DNA from: Octopus sinensis
Taxonomy: Eukaryota
NCBI RefSeq assembly: GCF_006345805.1
Contig: NC_042999.1
Span: forward strand, 142,910,001 to 142,974,000
Length of the DNA: 64,000 bases
Direction: 5' to 3'
Within the stretch, counting starts at the first letter, position 1. Every line of letters starts with the position of its first letter. The notes below the pieces were generated by a model that did no database searches, was not told the origin of the DNA, and saw nothing but the letters and a program-made list of their open reading frames with translations. Of the stretch, positions 11,514 through 24,938 are shown piece after piece. A program made the position numbers and the translations under genes.

Positions 11514-11740
11514 TAACTCTTTAGAATTCTGATTTATCAGTCAAATGTAATGCTTTTTAATACACACTGATATGAATTAGTCATGTATTACTTTGTAACT
11601 TTGAGATTTCAATGATGTGATTGTTAGTTTTCAGAAAAATATTGTAGGGTAAGTGTGAGAAGCCAGATCTGGTTAGTTTGAAGATAAAACAGGTAGATTA
11701 TTTTGGCCAGATATGGCTGGTTTAAATGCTAAAGGGTTAA
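11514..11740. mobile_element. TTAA-targeting MITE, second family
   Basis: Ends ...AATGCTAAAGGGttaa; a homologous copy lies at 53951-54173. Confidence 0.65.
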
Positions 11741-12518
11741 GAAGTTATTTACTGTCTAAGAGATAAAGTCTTGATCATCTTCAAAAACAAGAAGATATAT
11801 GAAGAGTAAAACAGTAGTAACAAGCTTTAACTGTCACAATGGACATCACAAAAAAGCCACTGGTGAAATATGAAGAAGGTTCCAGTCTGAACCATTATGT
11901 ATCTGGAATTTTAAACCTCTGAGTATCTATGACATGAGTGTTTAGTTAGCTAACCAGACTCTATTAAACCACACACTGACCCTGAATTTTCATACTTATG
12001 AATGAAATCATTACAATCACTCTTTAGTTATTGTAATGTAAGAAGATAAATTTTGAATCACATGTCAGTTTCTGGCATGTTTGGTGGTTTCCCACTAAGG
12101 CGTTTTTGTTGTTCTGGCTTATTCTGCTGCTAAAAAAGTGGGTAGAAAGTAGTTATATGCCATGACCTAAGAACATACCAGCACCAATTACAATGTTTTA
12201 ATTAATAATCGAATTTAGAACTTTATTCCTTTAGTTATTATGATTGCTGCAAAAGATGTCCACAATGTTGCTGCCACTGATAATAACACTGATGATTTCT
12301 TACAAAAACATAGAATTACAGAGGAAAGAAAATGTGCATTTCAAGGTTGTAATATTCAGATAACATCTCAAAAGAAATTCAAAATTTTAAGATTTGATTG
12401 ACATATTATAGCATAAATATAATGTAAAAGTGTAAAACAAAATGCTAAAAAGAAAGAAAGAAAGACAGAAAGAAAAAAGAAAGAAAGAAAGAGAAAATAC
12501 ATAGCAAATCATAATTAC

Positions 12519-12676
12519 TTTTTTAGAAGATGCATAACACTGTATGCTGTACTGGAATCAAGACCAGTGGTTGGTTCATCAAGAAACAAAATCTGTGGAG
12601 AAGTGATTAGTTCCAAACCAATACAAGTCCTTTTTCGTTCACCACCTGAAATACCTCGTATTAATTCACTGCCAAC
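12519..12676 (-). CDS. ABCG2: ABCG2-like coding exon 5, 158 nt, ABC signature, Walker B and D-loop ([52 protein letters not shown])
   Basis: Acceptor tttatcactAG, donor GTAATT. ISGGE, ILFLDE and PTTGLD motifs are intact. Not in the ORF track. Confidence 0.96.
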
Positions 12677-12992
12677 CTAGTGATAAACAGTAATATGAGA
12701 AAAGGTCCAATGTAACTATGCCTTTTTATGTATTCATAAGGAGAAGTGTATGAAAAAATTTCCTGCCTGTAGACTGTGGACATGTGAAAATATATTAGAC
12801 CTGTTTTGGGAAGTAATCAGGCTGCACTAGAAGTTTAGGGAATCTTTTAATCTATTTAGAACAAACAGCTTCTCTATAAATATAGAAAAGAGATTAATTA
12901 GGCCAATAGGAGAGCCTCTAAGCAATCACTTAACCAGATAGAAATTGATGTACGATGCTGTTGTGAAGGACTGAAGAACTTACCTTAGATTT

Positions 12993-14086
12993 TACGAGGG
13001 GTGTATGAAAAGTTTTGAGCCTAACCTAGAAACGGGGCTGCTAGGTAGCTGAATCAATTTTTTCTGGTAAATGCAGTCTTTTCAGAGTATTCTTGCTCAT
13101 TTTCATGATTCTGATATTTAAAATTTTTTTTTTTTGTTACAGATTTTTGAATAAACAAGTGTCGAGGTTACAAGGAAAATGGAGAAAACTGAGTATCGTG
13201 CTGTCATAAAGTACCTTCATTTGAAAGGCATGACTCCATCAGAAATCCATGAAGATATGGTTAGAACATTAACAGACAATGCTCCTTCATATGCAACAGT
13301 CAAACGCTGGATAAATGAATTCCAGCGTGGCAGGGAGAGTGTGGAAGATGATCCCACACCAGGGAGGCCTCCAACTGCAACCACCAAGGACAACATTGAC
13401 CTTGCTCTTGGTATGATAATGCAAGATCGTCGAATATCATGTCGCCAGGTAGCTGAGAGACTGGGCATCTCAAATGAAAGAGCAGACAACATTGTGACAA
13501 AAGAACTTGGGTTCTCAAAGGTTTCTGCAAGGTGAGTCCCTCACCTTTTGACTCCTGAACAGAAAAGCAACAGGTGCACTTTGTCTATGAGCAATCTGGA
13601 ACTGTTTGAAGCCAATGAAAAGAATTTTCTTGCTCATTTTATTACTATGGACGAAAGTTGGGTTCATCACTACCAGCCTGAAGCCAAAGAACAATCAAAG
13701 CAATGGAAGCACACATCTTCTCCTACCCCAAAGAAGGCCAGGTCATTCCTTCAGCTGGCAAGGTCATGGCGTCAGTTTTTTTGGATTCTCAAGGTGTCTT
13801 GTTGATCGATTACCTTGAAAAGGGTCACACAGTGACAGGGCTGTATTATTTTCAGCTACTGTATTGCCTCCAGGAAGCAATCAAAGAAAAAAGGCCAGGA
13901 ATGCTCACCAGAGGAGTTATTTTTCATCAGTGGTTGCCATGACAACAATTTGTGATTGTGGATAAGAACTTGTTCCCCATCTGCCAGACTTAGCCCCCTC
14001 TGACTTTCATCTAAAAATAAATCATCAGAAGTCTTGTACTACCTTTTGTTTTTTTGAGGCTCAAGACATTTCAGACACCCCACGTA
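12993..14086 (+). mobile_element. Mariner transposon, inactivated by stops, frameshifts and a 3' deletion
   Basis: About 30-bp TIRs (TACGAGGGGTGTATGAAAAG / ...ACACCCCACGTA) with TA TSD. ORF pieces 13179-13942 carry the HTH, WVP (mutated to a stop), TMDESWVHHY and IFHQ. Confidence 0.9.
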
Positions 14087-15426
14087 TATTACTCACTTGA
14101 TTTCTATTGTCAATATGTGAATTGATGACATGCTTTTGAAAGTATGTATCTTTGTTCTTTTTTTTCTTTGCTTCAACACTGTTTCTGTTTGTTACAGGAC
14201 AGAGGTGTCAATAAGTATTTTCCATTAGAACATAACAGATTTTCAGAGAGTTTCTACAGATGGGGAAGTTTCACTCTTATTTATGCTTATCTAATGTCAA
14301 CAGTTCTACTGGTTATCTTTTCTGGTTGCTTGCATCATACTGTTGATTTGATTAAAATGTTTTTCTTCTTGTTTATATTTGGAATTATTTATTGTTTATG
14401 TACCTGTATGAGGTAGTTTTTCTAAATAAGTGTACAAACATACTTGTTGCTGGTCTTATTCCATAAATAAGCATTGGATATTGGCCATAGATTAGAATGT
14501 CTCTATTGCACATCAAATGTTGGTTTGATCCAAACTTCAGCAGAGTAAAAAAAGATGTTTTCTCTGGTGAAGAAATAGATTTAAATTTTGCATGAAAATA
14601 TAGAAAAGATGTAGGTAGAAATTCCATATGACACACAAACTATGGACAGTTGCAACACAAATGTCATACAATCTTCCCTATCACTAATGATATAAATATA
14701 AATGTCAAACTATACTGAAGAGATGTAAATAATAAATACCATAGCAGATGATAGAAAGAACTCTCAGCTTTCAAACGATATAAGAGGTATCATGATTAGT
14801 TATCATTGTTGTTTTTATGAGTTAGCCTCAAGCCAACTTTAATCAAGCAGACTTATGATTAAAGATATTCCAGTTGTGAACATCCCATCTTTTTTTTCTT
14901 CAAACAGTGTATCTAGGTTTACATTATGCAAAGTATATTCACGTTTTTGAGGAAATAAGGTATGGTTTGAGGAGGATTTGGCTGCTATTTCTAGCAGATC
15001 ATATAGTGGGTTCCTCATCAGCTCAAGATGTGTCATTAATATCGGTGAGGTCATTTAGCCTTACCGCTAATGAGGAAGAGAAATAATAGCAATAGCAAAA
15101 GATTTAGTGGTTATTTTTTTGCAATGAGGACTCAATTCTCGGTTTCAGCTATGACACCTAACATTCATTAACCTGGAGAAGGCCTTTGATAAGATTTCAC
15201 ATTTTGTAATATAATGGTCATTCAGGAAACCAGGGAAAGAGAACTAGTTTGTGAGAGTCATACATGCTATGTAGAGAAGTAGAGCCAGCAAAGTGAGAGT
15301 CAGCAATGAGTTAAGCAATGAATTTAGCTTGCAAACAGAAGTTCACTATAACTCAGTCCTTGGCCCTCTTTTCTCGTTATCATAATTACAGGAATATATT
15401 AAACAATGAGTAACATCAACACTTAC

Positions 15427-15579
15427 TCTGGAGTCAGCCACGTCAGAGAGCCCTAATTCTTCTATCAATGTATCCACCCTTTCTTTACGGATTTCTGATG
15501 AAAATGAAGCAGGCAAACGAAGGGCTGCAGAAAACAACAAGTTTTCTTTCACACTGAGAGTTGGCATGACGACATCATC
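15427..15579 (-). CDS. ABCG2: ABCG2-like coding exon 4, 153 nt (DDVVMPTLSVKENLLFSAALRL...LGLSDVADSR)
   Basis: Acceptor ttttctatatAG, donor GTAAGT, phase 0/0, typical ABCG helical subdomain. Confidence 0.95.
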
Positions 15580-16442
15580 CTATATAGAAAAAGACAATGG
15601 AAAGTGGGAGAAAGAGATAGCTGGAGGAAGAGAATGAAAAAGTGGTGGAGAGTGAGCAAGAGAAACAGATGAGAAAACAAGAAGAGAGAGAGAGACAATT
15701 TAAGATTGAAGGAGAGAAAAAGAGATACAGGAAAAAAGGGTGCTTGGCTTGGATAGAAAGGAAGAGAGCCGTCTTGTTTCTGGTGGCCATTGGTATCTGG
15801 ATCACCATTTGTTTTGAGTTAAAACAGTTGATTTTTTTTCTTTATGAGCACCCTGACACCTACTGGAACATTGCAGCAACCTCCATCTTCATCGCCACCA
15901 CTGATGTCTCTCACCAATGATGTCAACATCTACACAGCACCAACACTCTGCACTGGCTCTAACACATCACTGTTTGTGAGCTTCTCACCAGGGTTAACAG
16001 CTAACATATAACCCACGCAGATGCATGTAGATATATGAACAAATGTACATCAACCACTTCCATTCAGCTTGTGTGACCACAATAAACGTATTTAAAGTTA
16101 CCACATTGTGTTTTATATATCCTTCATCCAGGTCTACTACCAAACAACATTACAGCCTTCTGAGCGGAATCTCATTAAATGACACCACAACCTATAACAT
16201 CTAAACTATATTCTTGATGGTGGAGCACAGCAATAAATGGTATACTGTAATAGGCTTTGTGAACATTACTGAATGTGGTAGGAAATTCTATTGGCAAGTG
16301 TATATACATGATGGAAGATGAAAATGATGTTGACAACCTTGCAGCAGCCAATATTATACAAGAGCAAGGCCAATGAAAAATAACATAATTACAATGATGA
16401 TGATAATCTTAGAAAGTATACCAAAAACAAAAAAAAACTCAC

Positions 16443-16557
16443 CTGTTCTACGTAACCAACTTTACATTTGAAGTTGACTGGTGGTAAACGGCCATTGATT
16501 AATAAGGTACCTGACAATCCAGCTGGATTTTTTTGACCACTTATAACATTCAACAAG
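16443..16557 (-). CDS. ABCG2: ABCG2-like coding exon 3, 115 nt, Q-loop (LLNVISGQKNPAGLSGTLLINGRLPPVNFKCKVGYVEQ)
   Basis: Acceptor ttctattctAG, donor GTGAGT, phases consistent with neighbouring exons. Confidence 0.95.
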
Positions 16558-16739
16558 CTAGAATAGAAAGGTATTCTTTTCATTGGTTATTACAAATGGA
16601 AAGTGGTTAGCAAAAATAGAAATCCAGTCACAAAAATTATCCAAGACTTCGAGCAGAACATTATAGCTGGAACCCCCCCACACACACACTCACTCAACCA
16701 CACATGCTTACAATGTAGTGCTACTGTGAAACACTTTAG

Positions 16740-16935
16740 TGCAACTATGAGAGGCGTTATAAGAGGCTATAACACTATAAGAGGCTCAAATGCTACTATG
16801 AGAAGTTCAAATGCTACTATGAGAGTCTCAGATGTTACTACGAGAGGCTCAAATGCTACCATGAGAGGCTCAAAAGCTCTATGAAAGGCTCAAATGCTAT
16901 TATGAGAGGCTCTTGTGCTACTATAAGAGGAAGCT
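16740..16935. repeat. 21-bp minisatellite, about 9 degenerate copies
   Basis: Unit approximately TGCTACTATGAGAGGCTCAAA. Confidence 0.85.
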
Positions 16936-16949
16936 CTGGTGCTACTCTG

Positions 16950-17170
16950 AGTAATTATTGAATGTGGGGAATGTGTGGGAGAGAGAGGGCCAGTTCCAAG
17001 TACACACAACAGAGGGATCAACTATCCAAATTGACAGCAGTATGGTAGATACAGTGATTAAAGATATAACAGTAGGGAAAGCAGCTAGCCCATCATGGAC
17101 AGTTGCCAACATGCTTAAAATATCTATTAAAGTAGGGTACAGCTTGTCACCTGTATATATTTCTTTATTG
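16950..17170 (+). mobile_element. Decayed RTE fragment
   Basis: EGSTIQIDSS..GKAASP..MLKIS.KVGYSL parallels residues of the intact RTE ORF (EGPAIRVDSS..GKAPGP..MLKISGSVGYSL). Confidence 0.7.
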
Positions 17171-17184
17171 CCCACAGGGGATTA

Positions 17185-17612
17185 AACATAGGAGTCAATC
17201 AAGGACAAAGGGTTTAAGTCGATTACATCGACCCCAGCGCGTAGCTGGACAAAGGGTTTAAGTCAATTACATCGACTCCAGTGCATAGCTGGTACTTATT
17301 TAATCGACCTCGAAAGGATGAAAGGCAAAGTTGACCTCAGCAGAGTTTGAACTCAGAACGTAACGGCAGACGAAATACCTATTTCTTTACTACCCACAAG
17401 GGGCTAAACACAGAGGGGACAAACAAGGACAGATAAGCGTATTAAGTTGATTACATCGACCCCAGTGCGTAACTGGTACTTAATTTATCGACCCCGAAAG
17501 GATGAAAGGTAAAGTCGACCATAGCGGAATTTGAACTCAGAACGTAACGGCAGACGAAATACTGCTACGCATTTCACCTGGCATGCTAACGAAATTGCCA
17601 GCTCACCAATAT
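17185..17612 (-). mobile_element. Tandem pair of tRNA-derived SINE copies
   Basis: The block GTATTTCGTCTGCCGTTACGTTCTGAGTTCAAA...CTTTCATCCTTTCG occurs twice. B-box GAGTTCAAA. Confidence 0.75.
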
Positions 17613-18694
17613 AGCCAATCAAGTAACACAAGAAGACACCATACCTAATGACTAGCACAGTAGTATCATAAATTGCTAAAAGAACCAAAGAAATGCACTA
17701 GAGAGAGGAAAGTACAGATGCATCAAACTGTTGGAACAGGTTATAAAAGTTATAGAGTTATCGCAAAATCAATTAAGAACAGGATTAATGTGGATGAAAT
17801 GCTGTTTAGCTTTGTGTCAGGATGAGATACCATCGGTGCCACTTTTCAAGAGAACTGCTTAGCTAGGAATAAGCCAGTATTCATCATTTTGTGATCTGGT
17901 GGTCACTAAGGAAGCTAGGGGTATATGAATGGTTTGTGATAGCTATACAAACCTTATACAGAGGTGCAATCAGCAATGTGTAAATAATTGATGAGTTCAG
18001 TGCTTAATTTAGCATACAAATAACAGTTTTCAGTCCATTCATGTTTACAATAGTCTTCTAAGCCATAACAGAGTAATTTAAGATTGGTTATCCTTGGAAA
18101 CTCCTGTATGCTGATAGCAACTCTTATAAAAACGATGTAGAACATTTTGAAGGAGAAATTCCAGACAGGCAACCAAAATCTAAAACTGAATGACTATAAA
18201 GTGAATTTAGCAAAAGCAAAAGTTTCAGAGAGTGAGAAGGAAGACAAGACCCTAATACTATCAGGAAAATTGCCATGTTAAGTATACAGAAAAGAAGTAG
18301 GTGGACATTCTATAAAGTGTGCCTAGTGTAAACAATGAATGAACAATAGCTATTGCTACATACACAAACAGCCATCTAACTGATTGACAATCCCTTTTTC
18401 ATCAATACCATAACCCACTAACAGGCTGCTGTATCCTATCTAACTTTTACACAAAGACTATATTTCTTGTTCTTCTAAACTTGCAAATTCCTTTAGAACC
18501 TGACCATTTCAACTGTTTCCTTAGTTCTCTTTTCCCAAAATTATATTTCTTTGGGCTTTCTTTCTTGACTGCCTTTTCCTAATAAGCGATAACCTAATAC
18601 AATATGCAAAAGCCAGGAACACTGCCCTCTTTTCCTTAATCTACACAACTGAATAATTATCTAAAACTACAACCATTTGGAAATAAATACTTAC

Positions 18695-18754
18695 GAGGAT
18701 TTCCCACTGCCTGTTGGTCCCATAATAGCATTCATGCCAGATGGAAAAATTCCA
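18695..18754 (-). CDS. ABCG2: ABCG2-like coding exon 2, 60 nt, Walker A (GIFPSGMNAIMGPTGSGKSS)
   Basis: Acceptor tgtgcAG and donor GTAAGT. Contains the GPTGSGKS P-loop. Too short for the ORF track; found by reading the minus strand. Confidence 0.95.
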
Positions 18755-18900
18755 CTGCACAGACATGTAAAAAAAAAAAGACTTTAATGTGAACAAAAGA
18801 CACTGGTAATATGAAATTACAACAACCCTTAAAAATTTAAAGACAATTAAGAAAATTCCATTGTAGCAAATCATTCTGTTAACTTAAGATCACAAAAATG

Positions 18901-19960
18901 GGACCTATTCCATCTCAATCACAGATTTTTTTACTTAATTTTTTTTTAACTAAACAGTTTGAAACTTCAAACACTGGTAGAATTTCTCAAATAGAACACG
19001 GTTTACTCTGAACGTTTTTGACAAAATTTCGTATTTTAGAAGTTATTTTGTGTTAAAGTTGTCATATTTAGGTAATTTCAACCAATCAACGATGTGTATT
19101 CGGTTGAAGAAAGCTACTACTGTTTACGATAGTAATTGAAGAGGAACAACTTCTGGGTCATCTCTATTAAATGTTACCACTCCGTTCGAAGAATCAACAC
19201 CATCGAAGAATCAACACCAAGAAGGAAGAAATATCATTTACATATATTTATTTGCTTGCCCGACATTGGTATTTTATAAACACATAAAGCACGCTGGTGT
19301 TTAAAAGGCCTATAGAGCAATGAGTCCACAGCTAGCTTTTTTGTTGTTGACGTATATGTAGTTTCAAAATGTCTTATTTTATAACTATGAGATGTATTGT
19401 TATTGTCATGATTTTATCTTACTATAATCAACAACAAACACATTTCATCAATATAAAAGTCTTTATTAGATTAAAAAATACCCTTATCAAAACATGAAGG
19501 TAAAACAAAACAAATAGCAGCTTATACACCGGATAACACAGTAATTGTAGTGTCAGTGACAAGTTTGCTCACTGGTTACTAGTTGATTGTGTAGAAGGGA
19601 GGGAAAGAGTAAGGAATGCACAGTGCTGACTAGAAGGGAAGAAAGGATAAAGGTGTCACCGTCTTCGCTCACCATACGAATAGAACCAAATGGTGACAGT
19701 TAGTAGAGATAACCTGAAAGTTGTTCCTCTTCGATTATTATCGTAAACAGCAGTAGTTTTCGTCAACTATCATTGATTGATTGAAATTACCCAAACGCAA
19801 CAACTTTAACACAAAATAACTTCTAAAATATGAAATTTTGTCAAAAGCATTCAGAGTAAACCGTGTTCTATTTGAGAAATTCTACCAGTATTTGAAGTTT
19901 CAAACTGTTTATTTAAAAAAAATTAATTTAAAAAATCTGTGATTGAAATGGAATAGATCC
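18901..19960. mobile_element. Long-TIR MITE / foldback element with arms of about 250 bp
   Basis: 18901-19153 is the diverged reverse complement of about 19718-19960. Termini GGACCTATTCC / GGAATAGATCC. No TSD recognised. Confidence 0.8.
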
Positions 19961-20199
19961 AGTGTTTGTTTATTATGTGGCACTGACATAGGTACTCTTT
20001 TACATGGTATGATTAGGCTTAGATTAGTCTTGTAAATCACAACGATAATATTTATTTTTGTATATACTCCTCTTTAAAGATACCTATGATCTGCTAATTT
20101 TAAATACAAACTTGTTTTGGAAACATTGATACAAGGGAGTCACTGGACCCTCTATAAATAACGATCATCTTGATCTCTCACAATTCCCATCCAATCCAC

Positions 20200-20500
20200 A
20201 ACCTTAGAACAGCTACAATTCATGTAGGCAAAATGAAAGGTAGGTCTGGTGAGATTGTTAAAATGTTAGGACAGAAATGTGTAGTTGTATGCTGTATACA
20301 AAAAGTAAGACAGAGGAGAGCCTTGGCTAGACTACTCACAAGCAATGAAAAAGATACAAATTTTTCTTGGGTGGCAATGGTGATGGTGTGGGAGGTGCAG
20401 AAATACTTTTGGTTAAAAATGGGCAGATAAAGTGATCAAGGTAGTTAAAGTGTGTGTGATAGGATAATTAAATTTAGACTAATCTTCGAAAACATGATAG
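20200..20500 (+). mobile_element. Decayed RTE endonuclease N-terminal fragment
   Basis: LRTATIHVGKMKGRSGEIVKML...CCIQKVR matches the APE domain I/II pattern. Confidence 0.65.
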
Positions 20501-21479
20501 CAACATTTATCTTGTGTGTGTGTGTGTGTGTGAAGGTATCTGTGTCTCCTTGACTTGACATTGTGTAATAATTGTAAAGAAGCATCACCATCTTTCAAAC
20601 AGCGTCCTTTGTTTTCCAATCTCCTGTGAAAATATGTCCAATCATAGGGAAATATTAACTTGCTTGAAACAGATGAGGGTTGACAATAGAAAGGGCATCT
20701 AGCCAAAAAAATGTGCCTCAATAAATTCTGTTTGATCCATGCAAGCATGGAAAAGTAAATGTTAAAACAATGATGATGGTAGTGGTGGTGCTGGTGGTGT
20801 TAGTAGTGATGATGATGATAATGATTATGATGACACGTAGAGTGTGTGTGTGAGTGTGTAAGGTGATCAAAGCATAAAAATAGGTATCTGTCTTCAGAAA
20901 ACAAACAGTGGAAGATGAGAGCTTTCCAAATCTTGGTCAGACAACATGAAATAGACAACAAAAGGATAGTTCCCAACTAGCAACACATGATCAAGTTATT
21001 TAATATACACATCAATTTGGAGTTCTGTAATTCAATAAAGCTCATCAGATGTGTCTGGAAACATCTCTTCAGGGGATCTGGCACTGCAATGTTTGTTCTG
21101 ATGAAGCGAAATTAATTGATTCTATCATGAACAATGCATCTGCAGCAATGAGGCCTTCTGGAACTTTCTTGTTTTTCTATTCATGAAGATACACCAAAAT
21201 TCAATAACTTGCTATCCACTTAAAAACTGGCCAACAATTTTTTTTTTACTTGAGGAATACATGCAACACAGCTAACTGTAAATATAAAGTATGCAATGCT
21301 TACAACCCTTTTCAAGTTATGCCAGTATGATCTTTGCAAAAATATCAACTTCTGTTTTACTTAAACACTGAACAGCTAGCAATGGTGTCAAAAAATATGT
21401 TCCTGTTGAAAGCCAACATGAAAGAAGTTTTCAAAGTGCCATTGAAAGAGAGAATACTGTACAAGCCAATCAACCAGAA

Positions 21480-22212
21480 GGCTTCTTTCTATGACTCCTC
21501 TCTAGTGTGAGATTCAAGTTCATTTCAAGATCTTTGAAGATCCAATGACAAAGTTTGCCCCACCGCTAGAGAGCAAGACATAAATTAATACTTGGATTGC
21601 TAGAGAGTGATGACCAACAGGATGTCAGAAGCTTCTCTGCTTCACACTGCTTTTCTTAGGGTTCATTTCACTATAGTGTCAAAATGTTGTGAACCCTGCT
21701 TGCTTCTATTTTGGCACAAGTATCATGATGACTTTGCTAAAGGTTTCAATCATCAAGCTCAAGATATACTCCAGCATGGAAACAGAGTTCACAAATGAAA
21801 TCCATAATACAACCCTCTTCAACAAGCTTGGGGATATAAATGGCCAAGAACTTCAAAAGTACAGCATCTCTAAACCTAACTACACTGGAGCCAATAACCC
21901 AGCAACAGAAGTTTTGAAAGATGCATCATATAATGTTGACATATTAACAGCATATATCAATGAATAACCCAAACCCACTGTAGATGAAAGGGCAGTCAAT
22001 TCTAGTGTTGTTGACAAGATTCTGATTTGGCAACCAGAAGCTGACATTTGCTTTCCTGATATCTGCAGTATCTGAAGATATAACTACATAGTTATTGCTG
22101 TTATTTCTTCAGGTAGTGCTGCCATGTTCCTCCATGGTTGGGGTTGTACATTTTCTTGGGCTGTTTGCCAAATTGCAAGGAATTGGAGAACCATGTGAGT
22201 TTTAAGTGATAC
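21480..22212 (+). mobile_element. Decayed Helitron RepHel, part 1
   Basis: Frameshifted motifs SFQDL..VCPT, LGLLESDD, WHKYHDDFA and SYNVDILTAYINE, recognised by eye. Confidence 0.65.
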
Positions 22213-23491
22213 TATCAGGTCATACCATAAGTTCTGTCTGAATTTTGAATAAAGAAAACAAGTGATCAAATGTTATATTTAATTCAAATTTAATCATCAA
22301 TGTACTTTCCCTGATTATCTATGACTACCTTCCATCTATTTACAAGCTTTTTAATCCCATCAGTGTAAAACTCTTCTGGTTTCAAGGCAAAAAACTCTGA
22401 AATTTCAGTTTCGACCTCCTCCTAGCTTGCTAAAGTTATGTCCCCACAAATGATTCTGTAAACTATGAAACAAATGGTAGACTGAAGGAGCAAGGTCGGG
22501 AGAATAAAGTGGATGAGGAATTTTTTCCCAACCAAGCTCTTCAATCTTCTGTGATGTGATCTTTGCCATGTGGGGTCGTGCATTGTCCTGATGAAACATC
22601 ACTCCTTTTTGATTCACTAAAGCAGGTCTTTTTTCCTTCAAAGCTTGGTTCAAATGCTCTAATTGCTGACAGTAGACTTGAGGATTGAATGTTGCATTAG
22701 GTGGTAACAATTCAAAGTGAATTACTCCTTTGCAATTCCACCAGATAGAGAGAAGAACCTTTTTTCCATGAAGTTCCCTTCTCGGTTGTGGTTGAGCTTT
22801 TTCCCTTTTATCAAGCCACTGTTTATGACGTTTAATATTTCGATAGAAGATCCATTTTTTTGTCACCAGTCACAAGTCTATCCAATAAGGGTGAAATGAG
22901 CTCGCGAGAATGGAGAACTCGAGATTTGCAGTTGCTTTTGGATAATTCACGAGGCACCCATTTTCCAAGTTTAGGAACATTTCCAAGTTGTTGAAGATGA
23001 CGATGAACAGTTGTATGGCTTGAACTAAGATTTATTGCTAATTCTTCAACTGATAATGCAGGATTTTCTTCAAGTAATGCCTCAAGGAGCTTATCATCAA
23101 ACTCAACTGGACATCCTGTTCGATCTTCATCTTCAAGGCTGAAATCTCCACTTCTGAATTTTGCAAACCATCTTCTGCAATTTCTTTCATTCAAGCATTC
23201 TTTCCCATAAACTGAGTGTATGTTTCGAGTTGCTTTGGCTGCAAAGTTTCCTTTTTTGTACTTATAAAGCATTATGGACCCCAAATGCTCTTTGGATACT
23301 TCCATGTTAGAAAGGGTTTTAATCAAAGAAATTTAAATTCTATTATTCTGTAAAATAATATTTAATTAGTTTAAATGTACACAAATGCATAAAAATAATT
23401 TTTAATTCCATCTGACATTCTAAAATACTATTAAATTTCATTCAATTTTAAAAATGGTAAAATCTGACAGAACGTATGAGATGACCTGATA
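22213..23491 (-). mobile_element. Near full-length mariner (SETMAR/Hsmar1-like transposase), frameshifted and nested in the Helitron
   Basis: TIRs TATCAGGTCAT...GTTCTGTC at both ends with TA TSD. ORFs 22832-23326 (HTH, KWVP) and 22405-22866 (HQDNARPH, YSPDLAPS). Confidence 0.92.
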
Positions 23492-23850
23492 AATGTTTGT
23501 CAAGTATAAATGCACAGTTTCTCACAAGAAATCTCTGGAGTTTCTGGACAGCAGATAGCAGAACTTGTGCAACAACATTTCAATGAGAGAAGTAGCAACA
23601 GTAATGACAGGTGACTTCTGTCAAATCCTGCCAGAGATTTCAAAAGAAACAAAAGCCTATGAAATCCACTCTTGTTTTAAAGCGTCATCACTTAGGAGAA
23701 AAGTTAAATTTTTACAGTCTCAAAATATAAGAATCAATTCTTTTGTTGATCAGCTGTCAGGTCATTTTGCCAAATATTTGTTACAATATGAAAAGGAAAG
23801 ATTTCTTCCAGCAGTAATAGCGCTACGAATTCAGCTCCCGTAAGTACAGG
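23492..23850 (+). mobile_element. Decayed Helitron Pif1-like helicase, part 2
   Basis: CTVSHKKSLEFLD...VMTGDFCQILP...EIHSCFKASSL corresponds to helicase motifs II-III. Confidence 0.75.
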
Positions 23851-24906
23851 GTTAATACAACAAACGAACTGATATCGAATGTGTATTTCAACCTCAAACA
23901 TACTAAACACGAAACTGGATGTTAAGAGATAATAATCTCAGTTTCAAAAACAATTCTCTTTTTACTGAGTTTTCGACCATTTGTCAAAAACTCTGCTAAA
24001 TTCAATGGTTTCGCTTTCTGAATCGTAAGAAGAAAAATCCACTGAAATCTTTGTAAATTAAAATAAATAATAAAGAAATAGTTCGGAAAAACAAACATGA
24101 AAGCAAACTCTGAAACAAAATTCACGTTTATTGTCCTGTTAGTTCATTTACAATTCTAAAGCAGACAACATTTGATAAAATACTTCCACACCAGTTTAAC
24201 ACCTAGATTACACGTTTGTTCAAATTTCTAATAACAATCTCGAACGGACAAGAAAGTCGTTAAAGTGTTTCAAAAAACGCCTTAAAATATTTGTTCCGGC
24301 TCTCTGCGCTCTGAGTTAAAAACCCACCGAGGACAACTTTAGGTGATCTTTGAGTTTGGCACAACCCTTTTACTTTTGTCACTCAAAATAGCATATCTTG
24401 GAGATAAGTCTAAATCAAGCACATCGAAACGATTCAAAGGTAGATGCAACTTTCATATCCGTCATCCTTAACACGTCCGATGTGTTTGGAAAAAGAAACA
24501 CGTTTTTATCGCTCAAATGTTTTTTTCTTTTTAAGTTTAAGGTAAGCGTTTAACTGGATTGCTTTCATATAACATTTGAAAATATATTCAAACATCGTAC
24601 GATTTAAAAAGAAACCAGCTCAGATTGTCAGCTGAAAGAACAATGGCAATTTTCAGTCTTCTGATTTACGTATTGAGTTCTATAATTCATTGTGTCTTGG
24701 TATGAATCAATCCGAGATGTGTGTGTGTGTGTGTGAGCGTGCGCGCGTGGCTTTCAATCGTTTCATAGTTTAGACGTGTTTGATTTAGGCCGTTATCACT
24801 AGGATACGCCATCTTGATAAAAGTGAAAGTGATGTGATTGCCTTTCATCCATTCAGTGTCAACAAATAAAGTACTATTGAAGCAATGAGATCGATTTCTC
24901 TCTCCT

Positions 24907-24938
<32 letters not shown>

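Noticed and set aside
14144-14416. Hydrophobic 90-aa plus-strand ORF with an acceptor-like site (nested gene)
   Set aside because: No recognisable homology or partner exons; T-rich DNA yields such ORFs by chance.
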